Part shown: in pieces, positions 6,926-15,149 of the stretch
How positions within the stretch are numbered: position 1 is the first letter of the stretch
How the letters are laid out: every line of letters starts with the position of its first letter
Assembly (NCBI GenBank): GCA_017477845.1
Contig: JAFUTR010000017.1
Coordinates: 447-64,446, forward strand
Reading direction: 5' to 3'
DNA: 64,000 bases
DNA from: Bacilli bacterium
GTDB lineage: Bacteria > Bacillota_I > Bacilli_A > RF39 > UBA660
Notes under the pieces: model-generated
What the model was told of the DNA's origin: nothing
Database searches by the model: none
Seen by the model: only the letters and a program-made list of their open reading frames with translations
Translations under genes and position numbers: made by a program

Positions 6926-9304
6926 CTATTCATTACCTTTTAAACTTGTAACCATATCTATTTTCTTAATTTTTCTTGCTAAGAATTTAGATACTAGGTA
7001 TGAAACTATAAACGTTCCTATAGCTGCAATAATATAAGTTCTTGTAGTTATGAATGCACAAAAATCATAGTGTTCTTCAATTGCTGTTTTAAATAACCAA
7101 TCAGTTAAATAGAATCCTGCAGGTAGTCCAATTATTATTGAAATTATTGCTATCCAATTGTTTTGTTTAATAAAAATATTTTCAATTTGTTTATCTTTAA
7201 ATCCTAATACTTTTAATGTTGCAAATTGATACTCTTTTTCTGTATAAGAAAGTATTCCTAAGTTATATATGATTACACTGCCAAGAAGTATGGCAATACC
7301 AATAATCATTATTAGCATTGTTCTCATCATAGATAACATACCTGTCATTCCTTCTTTTAGACTATTAATATTTTGAATTGTTTCAATGTTTTTTATTTCT
7401 TTCGTTTTGCTTAAATCATTATTTGTATATAATGCATCTGGTTTATATTCTATTCCTAATGATTCAAGATATTTTTTAGTCATAGATACATTTTGATTTT
7501 GAGGGTCTTTATTAAATCCTATAATTTTTGATTTATAATATTTACTATCACCATAAATATGCCACTCTATTTCATCACCTAATTTGTAGTTATTAGTTTC
7601 TGCTAATTTATATGTAACATAAATACCATCATCTGTTGGCTTATCTTTAATTTTATTTTTATTATCCACGAATCTTAAATAATCTCCAGCATTTGTTACT
7701 AAAATGTTATTTGATTCTCTTTTAGCATTTTTATCTCTTATTTCAATTCCTATACTTTGAGAAGTCTTGCTTCCATATTTTTCATATAAAGAATTATATT
7801 CTTCGTTACTGATACCTTCTTTTATATTTAATTTATAATCAAAATTATACAAATCTTCAAATTGTAATTTTACAAAGAAGTTCATTGAATCTAACATACC
7901 AAATGAACATACTATTAAGGCACAGCATCCAACCACTCCTGCAAGTCCCATAAATGTTCTCATTTTATTTCTTAAAATATCCCTTAAATTCCATTTTGAA
8001 GAAAAACTTAATTTCTTAAACAATCCTTTTTTAGTTATATTTAAAGCTTTACCTTTAACACTTGGTATTTTTGTTCTTAATGTTTCTGCAGGATTTTCTT
8101 TTAAGATACTTCTACAAGTTATAAATGTAATAAATGCTACTGCAAGAACTACTATAGCAGCCACATAGTAACAAGAACTATCCATAGCAGGATGACCATT
8201 TGGTATTTCAAAGAAATCCATTTCTGTTCCTATAAATACATTACCAATAGCAAAGTATCCTAATACCAATCCTACTACACTAGCTATAACGCTAATCCAA
8301 AATCCGTAACCTATATAATGAAGTAATATTCTTCTATTACTAAATCCTAATGCTTTTAATGTTCCTATTTGCGTTCTTTGATTCTTAACAACTCTAGTCA
8401 TTGTTGTAATAACTGATAGCATTGCTATGAATAAGAAGATTCCCGAAAAAACTCCTACATACGTTTTTCCTTCATCTATTTCTCCTTGATAAGCAACATA
8501 AGAAGATGTATCTTCTACATTTATAATTGCTTTGGCATTTTCTACCTTGTCTTCGATTGTCTCTTTAACCTCATCTACTTTACTTTTATCTTTAACATCT
8601 ACCATAATACTTGAAAATGGTATATAGTCTTTATATTTAAAGTTTGGCATTATCATTTTAAATACATTTTCATCAGTAATGTTTGCTTCATTCATAACTA
8701 ATGATTTAATATAATCTTCTGTTATTTCATTTGTGCTCATATAAGCGAAACCAAATTCTTTTCGATCTGGATATAATTCGGACTCATCTCTTACATCATA
8801 TAAATGATCTGGTACATTAATTCTACCTAATACTTTTTCATACAATTCCATTCCATCATATTTTACTAGTACAGTATCTCCAACTTTTATATCATTTTCT
8901 AACGCATAAAAATTATCTAACCAAATACCAGATTTGTTAACATCAAATTTTTCTCCTTCAAAAACATAAAACTTTGAAATATTATTTGATTCAATGAAAT
9001 TTAACAATAAAGTTTTATCATTGTCTGTCGTAGCTGTCACTGATAATTTAAGTTCAGCATCATTTACATTATTTAATCCCTTAATAGTTTTTAAATCATC
9101 ATGGTTTAAATATCCCATTACACTTAAATCATATAGGTTATTTTCTGAATAAAACTTATCTGCTGTTTCTTGCATACCACCCATATATGCTTTTATTCCA
9201 GAATAAGCCATTATTCCTATCATAACCATTAAAAAGATTGTTATAAATTGAGATAAATTCTTACGAATATCTCTTAACATTTTTCTTTTTAACATAATTA
9301 CCAC
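6926..9304 (-). CDS. ABC transporter permease with two FtsX-type domains (MacB/YtrF-like)
   Basis: 792 aa. It has two 4-TM blocks separated by large extracytoplasmic domains. Its start overlaps the stop of the ATPase gene. Confidence 0.8.
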   Translation of the reverse strand: MVIMLKRKMLRDIRKNLSQFITIFLMVMIGIMAYSGIKAYMGGMQETADKFYSENNLYDLSVMGYLNHDDLKTIKGLNNVNDAELKLSVTATTDNDKTLLLNFIESNNISKFYVFEGEKFDVNKSGIWLDNFYALENDIKVGDTVLVKYDGMELYEKVLGRINVPDHLYDVRDESELYPDRKEFGFAYMSTNEITEDYIKSLVMNEANITDENVFKMIMPNFKYKDYIPFSSIMVDVKDKSKVDEVKETIEDKVENAKAIINVEDTSSYVAYQGEIDEGKTYVGVFSGIFLFIAMLSVITTMTRVVKNQRTQIGTLKALGFSNRRILLHYIGYGFWISVIASVVGLVLGYFAIGNVFIGTEMDFFEIPNGHPAMDSSCYYVAAIVVLAVAFITFITCRSILKENPAETLRTKIPSVKGKALNITKKGLFKKLSFSSKWNLRDILRNKMRTFMGLAGVVGCCALIVCSFGMLDSMNFFVKLQFEDLYNFDYKLNIKEGISNEEYNSLYEKYGSKTSQSIGIEIRDKNAKRESNNILVTNAGDYLRFVDNKNKIKDKPTDDGIYVTYKLAETNNYKLGDEIEWHIYGDSKYYKSKIIGFNKDPQNQNVSMTKKYLESLGIEYKPDALYTNNDLSKTKEIKNIETIQNINSLKEGMTGMLSMMRTMLIMIIGIAILLGSVIIYNLGILSYTEKEYQFATLKVLGFKDKQIENIFIKQNNWIAIISIIIGLPAGFYLTDWLFKTAIEEHYDFCAFITTRTYIIAAIGTFIVSYLVSKFLARKIKKIDMVTSLKGNE

Positions 9305-9999
9305 TTAACCTCATCAATATTTTTTGGATGTTTATTTAATTCATTAGAAACAACTTTTCCATTCTTTATTCTAATAACTCTATCTGCTATATCAGCAATT
9401 AAAGAGTTATGTGTAACTATGATTACTGTTGTATCTTCATCACTTTGTTTTCGAAGTAATTTTAATATTTCAACACCTGTTTTAGAATCAAGTGCACCAG
9501 TTGGTTCATCACATAATAATACTTTAGGATTTTTCATTATTGCTCTTGCAATGGATACTCTTTGTTGTTCTCCACCTGATAATTCTTGAGGAAATTTATC
9601 AACATGTTTTATTAATCCTACACTTTTTAATACTTCTTTTGAATCTTTTGATGTATTTGTAACATCTTTAATTAAATTAACATTTTCATCTACCGTCAAA
9701 GTTGGCATTATATTATAAAACTGAAATATAAATCCAACATCATGAGCTCTATATCTTGTTAATTCACTATCATTAAATTTAGCTATATCATCTTCACCAA
9801 TCATTATTGATCCTGATGTTGCCTTATCCATTCCGCCCAACAAATTAAGTAATGTAGATTTTCCTGCACCAGATGGTCCAAGTATAACTACAAACTCTCC
9901 TTGATTAATACTTAAATCTATTCCATCTAAAGCATTAAACTTTTGCTCACCTACTGTATAAGTCTTTTTTACATTTTTTAGTTCTATAAAATTTTTCAT
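9298..9999 (-). CDS. ABC transporter ATP-binding protein (MacB/LolD-like)
   Basis: Walker A GPSGAGKST, signature LSGGEQQR, Walker B LLCDEPTGALD. I moved the start to ATG 9999 (MKNFIELKNV), which has AAGGA upstream. The track start at 10029 lacks an RBS. Confidence 0.85.
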   Translation of the reverse strand: MKNFIELKNVKKTYTVGEQKFNALDGIDLSINQGEFVVILGPSGAGKSTLLNLLGGMDKATSGSIMIGEDDIAKFNDSELTRYRAHDVGFIFQFYNIMPTLTVDENVNLIKDVTNTSKDSKEVLKSVGLIKHVDKFPQELSGGEQQRVSIARAIMKNPKVLLCDEPTGALDSKTGVEILKLLRKQSDEDTTVIIVTHNSLIADIADRVIRIKNGKVVSNELNKHPKNIDEVKW

Positions 10000-10069
10000 T
10001 GTATCCTTCTTTCTAAATGTGAAATACATTTCATATTAAGTATATTTCTTATTTTTAAAATAGTCAACT

Positions 10070-10097
10070 AAAAATATGAATATTATTTCATATTTTT
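10070..10097. promoter_or_regulatory. palindromic candidate TetR operator in the divergent promoter region
   Basis: AAAAATATGAA-TATTA-TTCATATTTTT has 11-bp perfect arms. It lies between the ABC operon start and the TetR gene, just upstream of TGtTATACT (extended -10) for the TetR gene. Confidence 0.5.
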
Positions 10098-10135
10098 AAA
10101 ATTTGTGTTATACTCTACTTACGAGGTGAACATCT

Positions 10136-10747
10136 ATGATTGATAATATTAGAGAACCAAAACAACAAAGAGCAATTAAAAAGAAAGAAAAAATTATTGA
10201 AGCTGGTTTTAATCTTATATGCAAAAATGGTTATTATAATACTAATACTGCAGAGATAGCAAAAGAAGCTGGGGTATCTACAGGAATTGTTTATCAATAT
10301 TTTAAAGATAAATATGACATATTAATTGAAGCTTTAGAAAAATATGGTGATGATATTTTCTTCCCTATGTTAAAAGTAAACAATGTTAAATTTGATAAAT
10401 CTGACTTTGATAAATTGTTAAAACAAATGATTAAACATTATATAAGTAATCATAAAGTATCTAATGTAGCTCATGAAGAAATAATGTCAATGGTACATTC
10501 AGACAAAAGAGTTGCAGAATACTATTATAAAAGAGAATTAGAAATGACTAATACATTAAAAAGAATCTTAATTGAAAATAATTTCAAAGATGATGATTTA
10601 TATGAAAAAGTTCACATAATGATGGGGCTAATTGATAATTTATGTCACGAAATTATATATCATAAACATAATGATATGAATTATGATGTCATGACAAATC
10701 TTGTAACTGAAAACATTAAAAATCTATTTAAAAACGATCTAGTTTAA
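10136..10747 (+). CDS. TetR/AcrR-family transcriptional regulator
   Basis: The N-terminus KQQRAIKKKEKIIEAGFNLICKNGYYNTNTAEIAKEAGVSTGIVYQYFKDKYDIL is the canonical TetR HTH. A hairpin terminator overlaps the stop codon. Confidence 0.85.
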   Translation: MIDNIREPKQQRAIKKKEKIIEAGFNLICKNGYYNTNTAEIAKEAGVSTGIVYQYFKDKYDILIEALEKYGDDIFFPMLKVNNVKFDKSDFDKLLKQMIKHYISNHKVSNVAHEEIMSMVHSDKRVAEYYYKRELEMTNTLKRILIENNFKDDDLYEKVHIMMGLIDNLCHEIIYHKHNDMNYDVMTNLVTENIKNLFKNDLV

Positions 10748-10976
10748 CTAAATCGTTTTTTGTTCGCAATATTACTAATTTCCGAGCAAATTACGTTTCA
10801 TTTTAAGTAATTTGAAATTAAAAATACGTGGCACGTTTTGTTGCTTTAGCAATGAAAGTGGCGATAGTATTTTTTCTTTTTTATGAATCTCGATGATGAA
10901 ATAAAAAGGCACCTTTACTACTTACGAATGTTTGTAGTATTGGTGCTTAATGGGATTCCAAAGGGTTTATCCTTGG

Positions 10977-11016
10977 CACACATTGTTATTGGCTCTGCCA
11001 ATATCATAGTGTGTTA
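10977..11016 (+). other. candidate oriT (MobV/pMV158-type hairpin and nick region)
   Basis: Imperfect 17-bp inverted repeat CACACATTGTTATTGGC-TCT-GCCAATATCATAGTGTG, followed by TTA. ATAGTGTG/TTA resembles the pMV158 nick region as I recall it. A second long hairpin lies at 10907-10948. Confidence 0.4.
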
Positions 11017-11038
11017 CTATCTTGTCATAAAGATAGTC

Positions 11039-12220
11039 TTATAAAGAATGACCATCATCTCTACTCTTTTCTTTATATGGTTTATAATCATTACCTAATA
11101 TATTATGTATTTCTTCTTCCTTTTTCTTTGATATTAATCCATCTGCTACTAAATGATAGAAGAAATTTGATACTCTCTCTATTGTCCTTTTTAAAACGGT
11201 TATTGTATTTTCAAGTATTGATACTCTATTTGATAACTTTGTGTTTTGAAATTTTAAGGTTTCATTTTCATCCTTTAAATCATAGTTTTCTTGTTGTACT
11301 TTTGAATATGTACTTATCTGTTCTTTCATTGCTTTATATGTATTATCTAACTTAGGTTTCATTTCACTTATTTTTTTAGACTCTTCTATTACCTTATTCA
11401 TACTATCAAATGTATCTTTTTTTATCTTAATTGATTCTTTACCAAACAATACAGGTTTATTAGATTCTATTTTTACTTCTAAATCAGTAATAGCTTGATC
11501 TAGTTTATTACTTCTATTTGTTAATTCTTTATTTACTTCTTGTGTTGCTCTTTTAAATTCTTTCATATTTAAGTGTTCTACTGCACTATGTTTTTGACCT
11601 CTTTCTAGGGCAAATCCGCCTAGATTTAATAATTCACAATAATTATCTTGTAATTCACTTAAATGCTCTTTATCGTGGATATATTGCTTTTTAGAGATGG
11701 TATATCGTTCAGTCGATGTCCTTTTATCAAACTTTTTTATCAAAGGAACTACTACACAATGTATATGAGGTGTTTTTTCATCCATGTGTAATGTTGCATG
11801 TAATATTTGTTCATCTTTATATCCTAAATAATCTTTTACAAATGCCATACAATACTCTGACCATTCTAGTACCTTTTCTTTTGGCATATCATTAAAGAAG
11901 TTGTGAGAAGCAGTAAATATCATTTCATCTGCTACAACACTTTTGGATTTATCTACCATTTGTCTAAATGTTCTTCTTCTATCTTCTCTTTCAGATTTCA
12001 TTCTTTCTTCGTGTTCTTTTTTATATTCTTTTGTTATTTCATAAAAGCCTTTAACATATTTCATATTTAATGGAACAAGTTCTACATTATCTTTAGTTTT
12101 TGATAAGTCTATATCTGGATTTGAATTATATGCTTTCTTTTCTCTTTTATTGTGAGAGCCAATTTGAGCTAGATCATTTAAAGTATAGATAGGTTCACTT
12201 CTGAATATTGCGTAATTCAT
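11039..12220 (-). CDS. MobV-family (Mob_Pre) relaxase
   Basis: 393 aa. Motif I is HNKRE. Motif III is HMDEKTPHIHCVVVP (HxDExxPHxH). The C-terminal half is coiled-coil. It overlaps the integrase stop by 4 bp. Confidence 0.75.
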   Translation of the reverse strand: MNYAIFRSEPIYTLNDLAQIGSHNKREKKAYNSNPDIDLSKTKDNVELVPLNMKYVKGFYEITKEYKKEHEERMKSEREDRRRTFRQMVDKSKSVVADEMIFTASHNFFNDMPKEKVLEWSEYCMAFVKDYLGYKDEQILHATLHMDEKTPHIHCVVVPLIKKFDKRTSTERYTISKKQYIHDKEHLSELQDNYCELLNLGGFALERGQKHSAVEHLNMKEFKRATQEVNKELTNRSNKLDQAITDLEVKIESNKPVLFGKESIKIKKDTFDSMNKVIEESKKISEMKPKLDNTYKAMKEQISTYSKVQQENYDLKDENETLKFQNTKLSNRVSILENTITVLKRTIERVSNFFYHLVADGLISKKKEEEIHNILGNDYKPYKEKSRDDGHSL

Positions 12221-13500
12221 ACTGTTTCACCTTCTTTAATTTGAAATCCTATTACATTTTTTATAACATCAGTTGTATTTTTACTATCAAATTCATTAAC
12301 TGCTAATCTTTTATTATCTTCTATACTTCTAATGTAATAATTCTCAGTTGTTTCTACATTTCTATGTCCTAATAGATCTGCCACTTCTTTAATCTCTGTT
12401 CCATTATTTAATACTTTAGTTACATATGAACCTCTTAAATCGTAAAATCTACATTTCTTAATTCCTAATTCTTCATGAATTACTTTAAATGGATATCTTA
12501 ACAAATCTGTTCCTGAATATGTTCCATTATCACGAACAAATACTAAATCTAAATTATTTTCTCCGCAGTTTTTGTTTAAAACTATTCTATTCTCTATTAC
12601 TTTTCCATATTCATTTTTCACTTCTTCAATATGATAATATTTATAATCTTTACCAAATAAGTTTTTTAATTCTTCTTGTCTTTCTTTGTAGTTAGTTAAA
12701 GCTGTTTTTAAAGTATCTCCTATGTATATAGTTCTTTGCCCTGATAGTGTCTTTGTTGTACCAATATACCATCTTCCATCTTTATCTTTTGGTTTATCAT
12801 AAACACTATGTTTAATGTTGATTATTCCTTTTTCTAAATCAATATCTTCCCATGTTAATGCAAATAGTTCTCCTGTTCTCATTCCAGTAAAGCATGCTGT
12901 TAAGAAAGCACATATAAATGTAGAATCATCTTTAAATCTATTTAGAATCAAATCTATTTCTTCTTTTGTGTATAGATGTTTATCTTCTTTTTTCTCAGCA
13001 TCCATTTTAGGCATTCTAATTGTTAATGCTGGATTATATTTAATAAATCCATATAAATTACATGCATCTCTAAATGATCCTTTAATAATCTTTAACATAT
13101 TTCTAAAGTAATCTCTTGAAAAATCATATCTATTAACTAAATCAGTAATAAAAGAATTTAAAGTTAAACTTGTTATATTACACATTCTATAATGTCCTAT
13201 ATAGGGTTTAATATATTTTTTTGATAATGTTGTATATGTTTGAATAGTATTGTATTTCAAATTGTTTTTACAATAATTATCAATCCAATAATCTAAATAA
13301 TCACTATATGACATTTTGCATACTTTGAATGGTTTACCTGCATTTATATATTCATTGAATGCAATTGTTCCAGCTTCTAAAGCTTCGGCTTTGGTTTTAA
13401 ATCCACTTTTATTAATATATTTTCTTTTACCATTTTCACTTGCTATTTCAAATCTATATTGATAAACATCTTTTCTTTTTGTTATTCTTATACTACTCAT
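12217..13500 (-). CDS. tyrosine site-specific recombinase/integrase (internal copy)
   Basis: 427 aa. The N-terminal arm-binding-type domain is YQYRFEIAS..YINKSGF. Box I is TGMRTGEL. The C-terminus is YDLRGSY...LLGHRNVETTENYY. Confidence 0.85.
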   Translation of the reverse strand: MSSIRITKRKDVYQYRFEIASENGKRKYINKSGFKTKAEALEAGTIAFNEYINAGKPFKVCKMSYSDYLDYWIDNYCKNNLKYNTIQTYTTLSKKYIKPYIGHYRMCNITSLTLNSFITDLVNRYDFSRDYFRNMLKIIKGSFRDACNLYGFIKYNPALTIRMPKMDAEKKEDKHLYTKEEIDLILNRFKDDSTFICAFLTACFTGMRTGELFALTWEDIDLEKGIINIKHSVYDKPKDKDGRWYIGTTKTLSGQRTIYIGDTLKTALTNYKERQEELKNLFGKDYKYYHIEEVKNEYGKVIENRIVLNKNCGENNLDLVFVRDNGTYSGTDLLRYPFKVIHEELGIKKCRFYDLRGSYVTKVLNNGTEIKEVADLLGHRNVETTENYYIRSIEDNKRLAVNEFDSKNTTDVIKNVIGFQIKEGETV

Positions 13501-13726
13501 TTTCTACCTCTACTTGAATAACTACTTTTCTAATATTATTAAGGTCAGATAGATCCTTTCCTTCATTTTGAATTAAGAATCTTTCTAAAGTGGTTTTTAG
13601 AACTTTTAAGCTTCCTAGTTTAATAGCTGGCAAATAACCTTTTCTAATCAATTCATAAATATAATTTGGGCTAGAATGAAGAATACTAGCAACTTCCTGA
13701 ACGGTGTATATTAATCTTTCTTCCAT
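13493..13726 (-). CDS. excisionase-type helix-turn-helix DNA-binding protein
   Basis: 77 aa. YTVQEVASILHSSPNYIYELIRKGYLPAIKLGS is the excisionase/MerR-like HTH_17 pattern. It lies immediately upstream of, and overlaps, the integrase gene. Confidence 0.7.
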   Translation of the reverse strand: MEERLIYTVQEVASILHSSPNYIYELIRKGYLPAIKLGSLKVLKTTLERFLIQNEGKDLSDLNNIRKVVIQVEVENE

Positions 13727-14214
13727 TATTTAAACTCCGCTAATAAAGCATCCATCTCTGCTTGTTCTTCTGGAGTACATGGAGTTGAAGTACACATTTC
13801 AGGATGTTTCATCCATTCAGGTATATTCTCTTCATTATTATTCTTTTTATTATATTTATTATTATATTTGACTGAATAGTCTAGGTTTTCTTGATTATTT
13901 GATTCATGATCTGATGACCATTTGCTCCATATATCATTGACTAAGTGAATTATCCTTTTCTCCCTTTGATGATCTTTCTCATATTCACATTTAATTAATC
14001 CCATTTTTTCTAGTTTTTTAATATGTCTTGATGCTGTTTCAAGTCGTATATTATACATTTCTGATAGTTTTCTATTTGTTATCCAACAATATCCTTCCTT
14101 TCTGCATAATGCTATGATTCGCTCAGCAATCAGTTTTTCTTCTGGTGTAAGTTGTTTTGTTTCATATATATATTTTGGTACTACCGCATATATCATTATG
14201 TAATCGTTTTCCAT
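13726..14214 (-). CDS. winged-HTH protein (replication-initiator- or regulator-like)
   Basis: 162 aa. LTPEEKLIAERIIALCRKEGYCWITNRKLSEMYNIRLETASRHIKKLEKMGLI resembles the HTH_36/DnaD-like N-domains of element replication proteins. It is the first gene of the xis-int-mob operon. Confidence 0.45.
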   Translation of the reverse strand: MENDYIMIYAVVPKYIYETKQLTPEEKLIAERIIALCRKEGYCWITNRKLSEMYNIRLETASRHIKKLEKMGLIKCEYEKDHQREKRIIHLVNDIWSKWSSDHESNNQENLDYSVKYNNKYNKKNNNEENIPEWMKHPEMCTSTPCTPEEQAEMDALLAEFK

Positions 14215-14353
14215 AATCTTTCTCCTTTTCTAAATTACTGAACTTCGGCCTCTGTTCACTTCCATTATCTAGGAGATTGATTATATATACCATGCGAAAA
14301 AACTCTACAAATTGTCTTGCAGAGTTCTATATTTACTCCGAAAAAACTCCGGA

Positions 14354-14965
14354 TTAATTTTCGATTGTTACAATATTCTTACTAATGTATTTTTTTAGTT
14401 CTGATACTAAAATAGTATCCATTTTTATTTCATCCATAAGTCCTAATTGCAAAGCCATTTTTATATAAGCGCTTTTCTTTGATCTATAGTATTTATCTTT
14501 ATGTATTTTAGTTTCAAATATTATTATTTCATCTGTTAGTGGTTTTGGTTTATCATATTCAAAGTTTTTGATAACATATTTTTCTATCTCATCTAAATTA
14601 TAAAATGAATCTCTTACTCTCATTAATAAATGCTCACATAAGTCTATAGATTTTTTATAGTCTTTTTTAGTAAATCTTTTAAAAGAGATTTCACTTCCTA
14701 GTTTAAGATTATTTTCGTTGATATTTTTAATTTTCAACGAAGGATCTTCAACTATAACAAACTCCAAATCTTCTGTAATTGTATATTTCAAATATTCTTG
14801 GTACACGGCCTGCTCAAAAAAATTATCTTGTAGTTGTACAAATATGTTGTGAATGTCTTTCATTACCTCTTTATGATCATACTCTTTTATTATTGCTTCT
14901 GATAATGGTCTTTGTACTTCTAATAAGGTTATATCTAATTTTCCTTCTTCATCTCGCGCAATCAT
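14354..14965 (-). CDS. hypothetical protein (orphan cargo between the two integrase modules)
   Basis: I moved the start to ATG 14965 (MIARDEEGKL), which has AGGAGG 5 nt upstream. No family recognised, no TM segments. Confidence 0.5.
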   Translation of the reverse strand: MIARDEEGKLDITLLEVQRPLSEAIIKEYDHKEVMKDIHNIFVQLQDNFFEQAVYQEYLKYTITEDLEFVIVEDPSLKIKNINENNLKLGSEISFKRFTKKDYKKSIDLCEHLLMRVRDSFYNLDEIEKYVIKNFEYDKPKPLTDEIIIFETKIHKDKYYRSKKSAYIKMALQLGLMDEIKMDTILVSELKKYISKNIVTIEN

Positions 14966-15149
14966 TCCAAACCTCCTAACAAAAAAGAGAGAAAAAGACA
15001 TTAAAGTCAATTTCTCTCATTGAATCCATTAATTAATAAACTAAATTGTTTTCGTGTATAAATTAAAAGTGCTTTATTTCTCATTAGACATCAGCTCCAA
15101 TTAATTAATTGTCTTCTATAATAACACTTTTTTCTTAAAAATCAAGGTT

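Noticed and set aside
10115-11355. Track ORFs 10115..10297(-) and 11011..11355(+).
   Set aside because: The first is antisense to the TetR gene and promoter region. The second is antisense to the relaxase gene and covers the oriT-like hairpin. Both have low-complexity hydrophobic translations.
14231-14250. Possible fourth copy of the boundary motif (TAAATTACTGAACTTCGGCC) upstream of the wHTH-xis-int-mob operon.
   Set aside because: Only about 15 of 27 positions match the 10761-10788 copy, which is not distinguishable from chance in this base composition.
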